Source: Candidatus Acidiferrales bacterium | GTDB taxonomy: Bacteria; Acidobacteriota; Terriglobia; Acidiferrales; UBA7541 | Direction of reading: 5' to 3' | Assembly: GCA_035603095.1 (NCBI GenBank) | Contig: DATNLB010000535.1 | Span: 1-41,826 of the forward strand | Length of the DNA stretch: 41,826 nucleotides | Shown here: in pieces, positions 1 to 9,354 of the stretch | Numbering within the stretch: the stretch's first letter is position 1 | How the letters are laid out: each line of letters starts with the position of its first letter | Made by a program: the position numbers and the translations under genes | Notes under the pieces: generated by a model | What the model saw: only the letters and a program-made list of their open reading frames with translations | Database searches by the model: none | What the model was told of the DNA's origin: nothing

Positions 1-117
1 GCTCAGCGAGGCTTACACCTCGATCGACAAAGAGCTGCGCACGGCCTTCCCTGGACTGACTAAGGCTCAGACTCAAACCAAGCTCGAACGGAAGCGAACT
101 CTGGTGAATGTTCCGAC
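1..117. repeat. Terminal direct repeat, left copy (circular assembly overlap)
   Basis: Bases 1-117 (gctcagcgagg...gaatgttccgac) are identical to 41710-41826; the scaffold reading frame runs through the junction. Confidence 0.97.
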
Positions 118-238
118 TGCGGCCTCACGGCAGCAAACGGAAGAGGAACCGGAGGGCGAGGAAGACGTGGGCAATGTCATCGAGCAGATGGCAAAAGCCA
201 GGGGCTTAAACCCGCACGTTCATTCTCGCCGGAATTAA
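2..238 (+). CDS. Capsid scaffolding protein, 3' part
   Basis: In frame with 40994 via the 117-bp overlap: ...LSEAYTSIDKELRTAF...VIEQMAKARGLNPHVHSRRN*, TAA at 236-238. Confidence 0.8.
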   Translation, partial: LSEAYTSIDKELRTAFPGLTKAQTQTKLERKRTLVNVPTAASRQQTEEEPEGEEDVGNVIEQMAKARGLNPHVHSRRN

Positions 239-286
239 GCGCGCCGGCAGCCTAAACAACAGTGGCTCCGGTCAAAGGAGTCACGC

Positions 287-1258
287 ATGGCTGGGCAAGT
301 TTGGGCGGTCAGTTCACTCGGCGGATATCTCTACAGCCGACAGCTTTCTAACGTATTGCGTATGAACGTTCAGCCACTGGTGAAGTTTCGCCAGTTCGCC
401 GACGTTCACGACATCTCACAGCAGGGCAAAAAGAAGGGTGACACGTTCACCTGGGACGTGGTTTCAGACGTAGCAACGGCAGGCGGTGTGTTGATTGAAA
501 CCAACACCATGCCGGAAACCAACTTCACGATCACTCAGGGCACCCTGACGATTACCGAGGCAGGTAACTCGGTCCCCTACTCCGGCAAGCTCGATAACCT
601 CTCGAAGTTCCCGGTTGAGGACATTATCAAGAAGGCGCTCAAGAACGATACCGTTAAGTCGGTGGATCGTTTGGCCTGGGGCCAGTTCAACCAGACGCTT
701 CTAAGAGTTATCCCCACGGGTGGCACGAATACCTCCGCGGTAACGCTGTACACGAACGGCACGGTTACGGGAACGAACAACGTCGCCTACAACAACGGTC
801 ACGCCAAGTCGATCGTGGACGCGATGAAGGAGCGCAACATCCCGGCTTACATCGCGGACGATTACTACGCGATCGCCTGGCCGACTACGCTTCGTACCTT
901 CAAAAACAACCTCGAGACGATCCACCAGTATTCTGACACGGGCTTCAACCTCATCATGAACGGTGAGATTGGCCGGTACGAGAACACGCGGTACATCGAG
1001 CAGACCAACATTCCGAAGGGCTTAGGCACGGATGGTGTGACGACTACGCCATGGGTTAACGGTGTGTCGGACTGGATCTTCTTCTTCGGCAATGACACGG
1101 TAGCAGAGGCTATCGCGGTACCGGAGGAGATGCGCGGCAAGATTCCGACCGACTACGGGCGGTCCAAAGGTATCGCCTGGTACTACTTGGGAGGCTTCGG
1201 CATCGTGCATACGAATCCGATCAACGTACGAATCGTCAAATGGGACTCGGTGGCATAA
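287..1258 (+). CDS. Major capsid protein (HK97 fold, N4-gp56/P22-coat-like)
   Basis: 323 aa, SD AAGGAG, follows the scaffold; capsid-like segments 'KFRQFAD', 'MNGEIGRYENTRYIE' and C-terminal 'DYGRSKGIAWYYLGGFG'. Confidence 0.9.
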   Translation: MAGQVWAVSSLGGYLYSRQLSNVLRMNVQPLVKFRQFADVHDISQQGKKKGDTFTWDVVSDVATAGGVLIETNTMPETNFTITQGTLTITEAGNSVPYSGKLDNLSKFPVEDIIKKALKNDTVKSVDRLAWGQFNQTLLRVIPTGGTNTSAVTLYTNGTVTGTNNVAYNNGHAKSIVDAMKERNIPAYIADDYYAIAWPTTLRTFKNNLETIHQYSDTGFNLIMNGEIGRYENTRYIEQTNIPKGLGTDGVTTTPWVNGVSDWIFFFGNDTVAEAIAVPEEMRGKIPTDYGRSKGIAWYYLGGFGIVHTNPINVRIVKWDSVA

Positions 1259-1259
1259 C

Positions 1260-1886
1260 ATGGCTACTCAAAATCAAGGCAATACGAACGTTGTCACCCG
1301 CAACATTGCGTATGACAATCCGGCGTACCTCTCTCGGCAGAGCGAACTACTCACCGCGAACACGGCAGGCTCGGGTGCCACGTCAGGCAAGTTCACGGCG
1401 TGGACCTCGCTCATTATCTACGGGGCTACGTTCTTCACCACGACTGCCGGCACTTCCACCTACACGGTGAACGGTACGGCGACATCCCCGGCGACGGGTT
1501 GTTATGCGCTCTTCGTGACCAACACGGCCACCAACTCAGTAGCGCTCGCAACCACGACTCTAGGCGCCGCAGCGACGCCCTGGGCGGTGATCGGGGGTAC
1601 GTCAACCACGGGTGCCAATGTGAACGTCGGCGGCATGGGAGGCGGCGTAGCAGGTGGCATGAACGGCCCCTATGCGCTCAACACTCTAGGGGGAACGAAC
1701 ACCTCTCAGGTGTGGGGAACCGCGACGTATACATCAGGGTATGCGGGTGGCAACCAAGCGGGCCAAGGTGGGTTGTACATGAACCCCGGAGACACGCTGC
1801 AATTCGTCAATGGAACGGATGCAACCGCGGTCTACCAGGCCATCGTTCAGTGGGGTATCGCGCCCTTAAGTTCAATGTTGGCGTAA
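1260..1886 (+). CDS. Putative capsid decoration/minor head protein
   Basis: 208 aa, rich in T/G/A, beta-strand character, starts 1 nt after the capsid stop. Confidence 0.6.
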   Translation: MATQNQGNTNVVTRNIAYDNPAYLSRQSELLTANTAGSGATSGKFTAWTSLIIYGATFFTTTAGTSTYTVNGTATSPATGCYALFVTNTATNSVALATTTLGAAATPWAVIGGTSTTGANVNVGGMGGGVAGGMNGPYALNTLGGTNTSQVWGTATYTSGYAGGNQAGQGGLYMNPGDTLQFVNGTDATAVYQAIVQWGIAPLSSMLA

Positions 1887-1896
1887 AGGAGCAGAC

Positions 1897-2289
1897 ATGG
1901 CTAAGAGAACTCAAGGTCACAAGGGCGCTTACGAAAGTCCGCAGGTCGCTCGTGATGGGCTGTCCACGGCAATGGTGGGTGGTTCGACTCCCTCGAAAGA
2001 CGACGTGATCAAGTCCGCGAACGCTCGCGCGCAAAAGCGCCACGAGATGAAAGGCTCAGCCTTGGCGGATGTGGATGTGTTGCCAAGCTCGGGTGGAGAA
2101 AGCGTCGATAAGACGGGCATTAAGGATAATGGCTACCTCACGAAGAAGGGGTTGGAGTTTGGCGTGAATGCCATGTACAACTCTTTGCCGCCTGGGATGG
2201 ACATCGAAGATCAAGAAAACTCTGACATTCGCGTCGAGACTATGAAGACCTACAGCGGAGGGTTGGGCTATCCCGGAGACGGCTGGTGA
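1897..2289 (+). CDS. Hypothetical head-region protein (paralog A, LPPGMDIEDQE motif)
   Basis: SD AAGGAG; 130 aa; shares a motif with the next ORF. Confidence 0.75.
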   Translation: MAKRTQGHKGAYESPQVARDGLSTAMVGGSTPSKDDVIKSANARAQKRHEMKGSALADVDVLPSSGGESVDKTGIKDNGYLTKKGLEFGVNAMYNSLPPGMDIEDQENSDIRVETMKTYSGGLGYPGDGW

Positions 2290-2717
2290 GCAAGGTAGTA
2301 CAAGAGAAATTCGAGATCCGATACCCCCAGCAGTCGAATGACGACCCGGGCGAGGGCTGGATCACGGATGTCGAGGCGCGGGCTAAGAAAGGCACGCCTG
2401 GGCGTGAAGGCGTTCCGGGTGGAGATTCCGATAGCAGGCCGATGAACAATGCGGCATTCTTCAATGGCCTCCCTCCCGGCATGGACATTGAAGATCAGGA
2501 GATGGCCGACATTCGTCAGATGCCCATGAACGGCAATGGCACGCAGATTACGAACGACATCACGGAGCGGTCGTTGAGAACGGGGTTCGATCGCAAGAAG
2601 ATGCTCTCTACCGACGACATGTACACGCGCGAGCATAACGATGCGTTCTATGATGTGGTCGATGTCGATGGCGTTGAAGGGTTTGTGGAGCGCAACAACT
2701 ACCTAGATCGAGTATGA
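2286..2717 (+). CDS. Hypothetical head-region protein (paralog B, LPPGMDIEDQE motif)
   Basis: GTGA overlap with the upstream gene; acidic 143 aa. Confidence 0.75.
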   Translation: MSKVVQEKFEIRYPQQSNDDPGEGWITDVEARAKKGTPGREGVPGGDSDSRPMNNAAFFNGLPPGMDIEDQEMADIRQMPMNGNGTQITNDITERSLRTGFDRKKMLSTDDMYTREHNDAFYDVVDVDGVEGFVERNNYLDRV

Positions 2718-2720
2718 GTT

Positions 2721-3803
2721 ATGCCAGCCCCCGCAACACCGACTCCGATAGGCGTCATCCCGATCGACCCGACAAGCGGGATATTGGGGTCCGTATCTCC
2801 GTCAGGTGGATTCTTAACTGAGAGCTTAGCGCGTCAGATTTTCATTGATCTTTTTGGCGCGGCGACTCTCGATACGGTCAATCTGTGGACGACGAGTAAC
2901 GGCGGAACCGGAATAGCGCCGAGCTCTCCAGGAACGAACGGCAATACCACCTTAAATGGTGGTACGACGGCTAACAGCTATTCGGCGCTCATCAGTAAGC
3001 CGCAGTTTCAGCCCTCCCAGCCAGGGTATTTGATCAACTATCACGCGATCAACTTCCCGGCCTCCATTCCGATCAACAATTACTGTGCCTGGGGTTTGAT
3101 GAACATCCCAGGAACGCCCACGTATGCTGCACCTGTGACCGATGGGGCGGTGTTCGATGTGATCAATGGGGTGCTGTTTGCGGCGACCTGGGGCGCCGGG
3201 GTGCGCTTGGTCGTTGCCAACTTGGGCAAGGTTCAGCCTACGGATGCGGGAGTGCATAAGTACTGGATTCGCTTTCGGGGCGACATTTGTTTTTGGTCGA
3301 TCGACAACGAATACAACGTGGTGGCGAGTTATCCGACAGGAGCCTCGGGGCCGGTCAACAACACCTTAAGCACGGGTGTACTTGTCGTCTCGAATGCGGG
3401 AGCTGCCGCGACGGTGACACAAAATGCGGTGACCATGGCCGATGCGTCAGCCGGTGCTATTTCCTTGAGTGATGGGGTGTACCCGTTTCGCAAAGCCTCG
3501 GTCAATTCCAAAGCCCTCAACATGGCTCAAGCGGCCAATTACACCGCCATTACGACGAGCGGGACAACCACCGTTGCCAATGGCCCCGGCATTTATTTCA
3601 GCTCCTATCTGTGGGCACTTGGAACAGGAGCGGGAATTGGCGTATTGGATGGGACAAATACGCTGATGGCGGTGTCCACGTCCACCACGCTATTATCAGC
3701 GCTGTCGCCTGGGCCTGGCGGCCTCGGTATTAAATTCAACACTTCGCTGGTCGTGGTGACTTCCGGTACCGCTGCCGGCTCATGGAACGTGCTATGGGAC
3801 TAG
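2721..3803 (+). CDS. Putative virion surface protein/head fibre (beta-sandwich, lectin-like)
   Basis: 360 aa rich in G/T/A/S; position in the head module; 'HKYWIRFRGDICFWSID' resembles ConA-like strands (inference). Confidence 0.55.
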   Translation: MPAPATPTPIGVIPIDPTSGILGSVSPSGGFLTESLARQIFIDLFGAATLDTVNLWTTSNGGTGIAPSSPGTNGNTTLNGGTTANSYSALISKPQFQPSQPGYLINYHAINFPASIPINNYCAWGLMNIPGTPTYAAPVTDGAVFDVINGVLFAATWGAGVRLVVANLGKVQPTDAGVHKYWIRFRGDICFWSIDNEYNVVASYPTGASGPVNNTLSTGVLVVSNAGAAATVTQNAVTMADASAGAISLSDGVYPFRKASVNSKALNMAQAANYTAITTSGTTTVANGPGIYFSSYLWALGTGAGIGVLDGTNTLMAVSTSTTLLSALSPGPGGLGIKFNTSLVVVTSGTAAGSWNVLWD

Positions 3804-4000
3804 ATAAAACCCGCCATCACGGCATCGTGTACAACCATCCCGATATTGCTTTTGTGCAGGACGGGATTGACTACGGGTTTGACGGGTTGCCTGTCGGCGA
3901 ACCTGATTTATCTTTGGAGGGATTCAAAGACAAGACCCGATCAGAGGCCATGAAAGCAGCGTGGGCCAAGCGCAAGAATGCTGCACAGCCTAGTCAGTGA
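3794..4000 (+). CDS. Hypothetical protein
   Basis: MGLDKTRHHGIVYNHP...; overlaps both neighbours in an operon-like manner. Confidence 0.65.
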   Translation: MGLDKTRHHGIVYNHPDIAFVQDGIDYGFDGLPVGEPDLSLEGFKDKTRSEAMKAAWAKRKNAAQPSQ

Positions 4001-4496
4001 GGACTGCGCTCGAGCGTTAGCCAAGCTCGCTCAATCAACACCTGCCGGCGCTTTCGTTGAAGTAGGCGTTTACCACGGAGGCACGGCTTGGCATCTTGCC
4101 CAAGTAGCTCAAGCGCAAGGGAGGCCCTGCTACCTCTACGACACCTTTACTGGGATACCCTACCGCGGTGAGTTAGACAGTCACCGGGTAGGTGATTTTG
4201 CGGACACCTCAGTCGAGGAAGTAAAAACCGCCATTCCCTATGCCACGGTGGTGGCTGGCATCTTTCCCGATAGTGCGGTTGAGATGGGGCCGGTGGCCTT
4301 TGTTCACTTGGACGTTGATCAATATCGGTCCTATCGAGAAGCCCTCGCATATTTTCAGCCCCGCATGGTCGAAGGGGGAGTTATTTGGTGTGACGATGTG
4401 GGGTGTTTAGCGGGAGCAGATGCAGCGGTAAAAGAATTCTGTCAGACTCACCGATTGATACCGATAGTCGCCGAAAAGACCTACATAAGGTTCTGA
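3978..4496 (+). CDS. TylF/MycF/NovP-like SAM-dependent O-methyltransferase
   Basis: Motifs GAFVEVGVYHGG, YLYDTFTGIP, AFVHLDVDQY, GGVIWCDD. Confidence 0.85.
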   Translation: MLHSLVSEDCARALAKLAQSTPAGAFVEVGVYHGGTAWHLAQVAQAQGRPCYLYDTFTGIPYRGELDSHRVGDFADTSVEEVKTAIPYATVVAGIFPDSAVEMGPVAFVHLDVDQYRSYREALAYFQPRMVEGGVIWCDDVGCLAGADAAVKEFCQTHRLIPIVAEKTYIRF

Positions 4497-4497
4497 A

Positions 4498-5034
4498 ATG
4501 ACCTGGAACATCGCCGATCCGCAAGGGAATGAAGCGTATAAGATTCGGTGGGAGATCGTCCAATACACGAAGGGTAGAGGCCTAGACTTAGGCTCTGGAG
4601 TCGCCAAGACCTATCAACACTGGATTGGGGTCGATAACTGTGTTGATGCGCAGCTATTCGGAGCACAGATCAAGCCGGATGTGTGGGTTCCAACCTGCGA
4701 GAAGTTGGACGTTTTCGCCTCGCAGTCCATGGATTTTGTGTTCTCTTCGCACCTTTTGGAACACTTCGATGAGTCCAAGATTCCCGGCGTACTGACCGAA
4801 TGGTGCCGTGTAGTTAAGCCTAATGGCTATTTGGTTTTGTACGTTCCCGATGCCGATGAGTACCCAAAAGTAGGTCAACCAGGGGCCAATCCAGACCACA
4901 AAGTAGACATCACCTACGATAAAATAGTCGAGTGGATGGAGACGGTTCCAAGAGGGTGGGATCTGGTCGATTACCAAAAACGGAACCAAGACAAAGAATA
5001 TTCACACTATGCCGTGTTTAAGGTGCTTTCGTGA
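4498..5034 (+). CDS. Class I SAM methyltransferase (Methyltransf_11-like)
   Basis: GLDLGSG motif I; SMDFVFSSHLLEH; EWCRVVKPNGYLVLYVP. Confidence 0.88.
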   Translation: MTWNIADPQGNEAYKIRWEIVQYTKGRGLDLGSGVAKTYQHWIGVDNCVDAQLFGAQIKPDVWVPTCEKLDVFASQSMDFVFSSHLLEHFDESKIPGVLTEWCRVVKPNGYLVLYVPDADEYPKVGQPGANPDHKVDITYDKIVEWMETVPRGWDLVDYQKRNQDKEYSHYAVFKVLS

Positions 5035-5585
5035 AATGCTGCACTATTTATTCGCTGAGTTCGTCTAGAAACAATCAGCCGCGCTATATCGGACAAACTA
5101 CTCAGTTACTTAAAACCCGATTGTGCCAACACCGTAACTACGCCAAGAGAAGGCAAACTGCCGTTCACAAGTGGATGTTTAGAGAGCAGCAAGAAGGTTT
5201 TGTTATCTCTATAACTTCGGTGTGCGAGCAAGCTAGATTCAACTTAGATGAGATCGAGATCATCGGTCTTTTGAGAATGGAAGGCGTCAAGCTTCTCAAT
5301 CATACAGAAGGTGGCGAAGGCACTGTTGGATGGCGAGGAAATAGGGGCAGGAAGAGACCCGATCTTGCGGCCCGCAACAGGTCGAACACGGGAAAACCTG
5401 GACACCCGATGTCCGATGAAAATAAGAAAAAACTCATAGCTTCAATAAAGGGATCAAAAAGACCTTGGCTTGCCCAAAGAAACAGGGAGTCTAAAGTGTG
5501 GTTAGGGCGGAAGCACACCGAGGAAACAAAGGCGAAACAAAGCGCAGCACTCAAGGCTTTCCATGAAGCACGTCAGAAAATTTAG
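5031..5585 (+). mobile_element. Free-standing GIY-YIG homing endonuclease with NUMOD3 repeat
   Basis: TIY...RYIGQT, conserved R (TRLCQH), E, 'LLNHTEGGEG', C-terminal 'GRKHTEETKAKQS'; visibly more A-rich than its neighbours; overlaps both flanking genes. Confidence 0.88.
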
Positions 5586-6612
5586 CTTTAAAGATCCAAA
5601 GCCAGTAAAAACCGTAGGAGTCTGCCGCTACGGTGCTTTCGGCGATCTTATCCAAGCTTCATCGGTGTTCGCCGCTCTCAAGGCAGAGGGCTATCACGTC
5701 ACGCTATACACCTCCCCTCCCGGCGATGACATAGTCAAATTTGACCCGAACATCGATGCTTTTTACATCCAAGACAAGGATCAAGTTCCTAATGGCCTTC
5801 TGGGCGAGTTTTGGGCTTACCACAAGGCGAAGTACGATAAGTGGGTGAATCTATCGGAGTCGGTCGAGGGATCGTTCCTAGCGCTTCCTGGGAGGACGAT
5901 GCACTTCTGGCCTCCTGCCTTGCGACATTCGATGCTCGATCGCAATTACCTCGAGGTGCAGCACGAGATAGCCGGCGTTAAATATGCACCGAAGATGCAT
6001 TTTTATGCAACCGAGGCCGAGCGCAGTTGGGCGAAGAAAGAGCGGGCCAAGATGGGTGAATTCGTCATTGCGTGGGCGCTCGCGGGTTCCTCAGTGCACA
6101 AGACATGGCCTTATCTGGATGCAGCGGTAGCGTCCATCATGCTCGACTTCCCGCAGGTGCATATCGCGTTTTTAGGCGGTGAGGCGGCTCAGATCCTCGA
6201 GCAAGGCTGGGAGAAAGAAGCGCGCGTGCATAGGCGCAGTGGCAAGTGGTCGATTCGCGAATCACTCGCGTTCATGGGTCAAGCTGACATGGCGATCGGG
6301 CCTGAGACGGGTCTCATGAACGCTGCGGCTCAATTGTCCTATCCTAAAGTCGTGTTTCTCTCGCATTCGAGCCACGAGAACTTGACGCGGGATTGGGTGA
6401 ATACCCACCCGCTGTGGTCGGAGAATACCGTCTGTCCGGGCAGGGGAAATAACGAGGCGCCGGCCTGTCACCAGCTCCACTATCAGTGGGAGCATTGCAA
6501 GAAAGCGGAGTCAGGCGTGGCACAGTGTCAGGCGGATATCACCCCGGATCAGGCGTACAGGGTTATTTGGCACGTGCTGAAAGCTCAATTGGATGAGCGG
6601 ATGACCGCATGA
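5563..6612 (+). CDS. Glycosyltransferase family 9 (heptosyltransferase-like, GT-B)
   Basis: RYGAFGDLIQ, HKTWP, AIGPETGLMNAAA (compare DSGLMHVAAA), C-terminal Cys cluster PACHQLH...C...CQADITPDQ. Confidence 0.88.
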   Translation: MKHVRKFSFKDPKPVKTVGVCRYGAFGDLIQASSVFAALKAEGYHVTLYTSPPGDDIVKFDPNIDAFYIQDKDQVPNGLLGEFWAYHKAKYDKWVNLSESVEGSFLALPGRTMHFWPPALRHSMLDRNYLEVQHEIAGVKYAPKMHFYATEAERSWAKKERAKMGEFVIAWALAGSSVHKTWPYLDAAVASIMLDFPQVHIAFLGGEAAQILEQGWEKEARVHRRSGKWSIRESLAFMGQADMAIGPETGLMNAAAQLSYPKVVFLSHSSHENLTRDWVNTHPLWSENTVCPGRGNNEAPACHQLHYQWEHCKKAESGVAQCQADITPDQAYRVIWHVLKAQLDERMTA

Positions 6613-7655
6613 CGACCTCTGGCACGTTTAATTTCACCGTCAACGCCTCCGACATCGTGCGAGAGATGATGCTCAATGTCGGTGCGATCGGTGAGGCGGA
6701 AGTGCCAACAGCCCAGGAATACACCGACTGCTTGCGTAAGCTCAACATGCTGGTGAAGCAGTGGATGGGCAAGCAGGACTTTGCGCCGGGATTGAAGATG
6801 TGGACTCGCCAGCGGGGCCGGCTCTTTTTAGGCGCCGCGCAGTTTAAGTATCGGCTGGGGCCTACGGGGGATGCGTGGGCCGGCGGAGTCACGGGAGGCA
6901 GTGACGGACAGACCCACAACCAAACGACCACCACCGCGGGTGCGATTACCGGGGCAACCTCGCTCATCGTGTCCTCCATCACCAACATCAACAACGGGGA
7001 CTATATCGGGGTGGTGTATGGAAGCCCCGCGGGCAATACGGATATCTTCTGGACCACGGTGAACGGAGCTCCTACAGGGTCTACCGTGACCCTCACGAAT
7101 GCGCTGACGGGGCCGGTGGGGGCGAACGCCTACGTGTGGAACTACACGGTCAAGCAGCAGCGGCCTTTAGGCATCGTGACTTCAGTTCTGCGGGACATTT
7201 ACAACAACGATGTCCAGCAAAACCCAGTCACCCTTGAGGATTATGAGGCGCTGCCGACCAAGACGATGGTCGCAAACACGGCAGACCCTACGGCGTATTA
7301 CTACGAGAGTCAGATCGGCACGGCAACGAATTTAACGGCCACTCCCACCAGTGGCAATGGGTCTTACTACATCGACTGTGGAGGCGCTCAGGATGTGACC
7401 AAGAGCCTGCACATGGTGTTCTTGCGTCCCGTGATGGACTTGAACAATCCGGGAGATAACCCGGAATATCCGCAACAGTGGTATCGGGCGCTCTGTTGGG
7501 GCGGTTCCAGAGAGATTTGCGGCATGTTCGATGCGGTATGGACGGAGGACATGCAGCAGAACTATCTCGAGTCTGTGGCGATGGCACGGGAACCTGACAG
7601 CGAAACCACGACTTTCTACTTCCAGCCTAACGCTGGAAGTCCCTATGACCCATGA
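6609..7655 (+). CDS. Head-to-tail adaptor (P22 gp4-like) with inserted Thr-rich beta domain
   Basis: N-terminal 'DIVREMMLNVGAIGEAEVPTAQEYTDCLRKLNMLVKQW' and C-terminal 'YPQQWYRALCWG'; directly upstream of the gp10-like gene. Confidence 0.75.
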   Translation: MTTSGTFNFTVNASDIVREMMLNVGAIGEAEVPTAQEYTDCLRKLNMLVKQWMGKQDFAPGLKMWTRQRGRLFLGAAQFKYRLGPTGDAWAGGVTGGSDGQTHNQTTTTAGAITGATSLIVSSITNINNGDYIGVVYGSPAGNTDIFWTTVNGAPTGSTVTLTNALTGPVGANAYVWNYTVKQQRPLGIVTSVLRDIYNNDVQQNPVTLEDYEALPTKTMVANTADPTAYYYESQIGTATNLTATPTSGNGSYYIDCGGAQDVTKSLHMVFLRPVMDLNNPGDNPEYPQQWYRALCWGGSREICGMFDAVWTEDMQQNYLESVAMAREPDSETTTFYFQPNAGSPYDP

Positions 7656-9091
7656 GGATCGTCAGCCTTTTTGGGGGTAGCACTCGACAGAAAAGCCTCG
7701 TTGTTACCTCTCAACGGCGCTTAAACTGCTATTTCGAGAACCGACCGGACCAAGACAAGACCAAGGTCAGCATTTACGGAACACCGGGGCTTGTCGCTAA
7801 GTTCACGGTGGGATCGTCAAATCTGCCTTTGCGGGCCTTGTTAGGCTCACAAACGACGCTCTATGGGGTGGCGTATAACCAGTTCCTAAGCTTAGGATCA
7901 ACCGGAAATACTATCGCCTCGGGGACGCTCAACACCTTTTCGGGGCTGTGTTCCTTAGCCGCAAGCCCTACTCAGATCGTGATTACGGACGGTAATACGG
8001 GGTATTTGTGGACGATTGCCACCAACACACTCACCACGATTGCGGCCTTCCCTGCGATCAATGCGCAGACCTGTACCTTCGTGTCAGGCTTCTTTGTGGC
8101 CGAACAGCCGGGTACGCAGGTCTTTTGGGTATCGAACAACAATGATGGTTCCACGTGGAGCGCTTTAGCCTTTGCGTCAGCCTCGATCTATTCGGACACG
8201 GTTTTGGCGGTGGATAACCTGTTAGGCATTCTGGTGGTGTTTTCTCAACAGCACACGGAGTTTTGGACGAATCAGGGCCTTTCACCGGAGCCTTTCGTGC
8301 CGCTGATCTCGGCTGCGAATGAGTACGGCCTAGCAGCTATTTACTCCCGCGCGCACGTGGATCAGACCTTGATTCACCTTGCAGTGACTCGGACGGGAGC
8401 GGTGCAGTGCGTTCAGATCGTGGGCTATAACGCCAACATCATCTCCGATGCCGACATGGAGGCGATTTGGGCCACGTTCACGACCGTCGCTGATGCGACT
8501 GCATTGGCTTATGAGCAAGACACGCACAAGTTCTATCAATTGACCTTTCCCACGGCTAACCGTTCGTTTCTCTATGACTGTTCGACCCGGCTGTGGAGCG
8601 AGGTGCAGACAGGTACGTCAGTGACTCCGGTAAGGCATACGGCGCTGCTCTCGACCTATTACGGCGGGTCCACTCTGCTATCGGACTATGCCACGAATCA
8701 GATTTACACCATGTCCCCGACTCAGTACACCGACAACGGGGTCACGATCATTCGGGAACTGATTACCCGGCACATCCTCTCGAACTTCAACCGCATTCGC
8801 ATATCCTTGCTGTATCTCGATATGGAAACAGGCGTTGGCTTACAGACCGGCCAGGGCTCTAACCCGCAGATCATGCTGCAAACCTCCAAGGATAACGGTC
8901 GAACATGGTCAGCCGAGCGGTGGGTGACGTTGGGAGCGGTGGGCACCTATCTGACCAGGGTTTTGTGGAGACGGTTTGGCTCGGCACGGGACTACGTGTT
9001 CAAAATTCGCATGAGTGACCCGGTGAAGTTCGTCATTACCGAAGGGGCGATCAAGATTGCCGAAAGACCTCCCGCGGAGAAGATGGGATGA
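7652..9091 (+). CDS. Packaged-DNA stabilisation/tail hub protein (P22 gp10-like)
   Basis: 479 aa; TPGL, 'HKFYQLTFPTANRSFLYD', 'DMETGVG', 'SKDNGRTWS', 'WRRFGSARDYVFKIRMSDPVK'. Confidence 0.9.
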   Translation: MRIVSLFGGSTRQKSLVVTSQRRLNCYFENRPDQDKTKVSIYGTPGLVAKFTVGSSNLPLRALLGSQTTLYGVAYNQFLSLGSTGNTIASGTLNTFSGLCSLAASPTQIVITDGNTGYLWTIATNTLTTIAAFPAINAQTCTFVSGFFVAEQPGTQVFWVSNNNDGSTWSALAFASASIYSDTVLAVDNLLGILVVFSQQHTEFWTNQGLSPEPFVPLISAANEYGLAAIYSRAHVDQTLIHLAVTRTGAVQCVQIVGYNANIISDADMEAIWATFTTVADATALAYEQDTHKFYQLTFPTANRSFLYDCSTRLWSEVQTGTSVTPVRHTALLSTYYGGSTLLSDYATNQIYTMSPTQYTDNGVTIIRELITRHILSNFNRIRISLLYLDMETGVGLQTGQGSNPQIMLQTSKDNGRTWSAERWVTLGAVGTYLTRVLWRRFGSARDYVFKIRMSDPVKFVITEGAIKIAERPPAEKMG

Positions 9092-9354
9092 GCTTCAATA
9101 GCACAACTCCCATCCCGACCCGGCCCATCATCACGCAAAAGGGGGATTTGCTCGATAAGCTCTATCAGGCGTGGTTCGGGGGTATTCAGCAGTGGTTAGG
9201 GCCTATCGGGCAGTTCGGAACGACGGCCGCTCGACCGACGAAGAACCTGTGGATAGGCCTATCCTATTACGACCAAACACTAGGGTATCCGGTGTTCGTG
9301 CATCAAATCAGCCCGTCTATCGTGTGGCATAACGCCAGCGGGGCGGTGGTATGA
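9088..9354 (+). CDS. Small tail protein (needle/plug position)
   Basis: ATGA overlap; 'GTTAARPT...YYDQTLGYPVF...WHNASG' is a motif typical of virion fibre tips. Confidence 0.6.
   Translation: MSFNSTTPIPTRPIITQKGDLLDKLYQAWFGGIQQWLGPIGQFGTTAARPTKNLWIGLSYYDQTLGYPVFVHQISPSIVWHNASGAVV

Noticed and set aside
1240-1470. Programmed frameshift extending the major capsid protein
   Set aside because: No clear slippery sequence at the capsid 3' end; the next gene has its own ATG 1 nt after the stop.
5022-5641. 10-bp repeat GGTGCTTTCG (5022-5031 and 5632-5641) as a target-site duplication
   Set aside because: The copies are in different reading frames and the second lies within the conserved GT9 motif YGAFG; likely chance.
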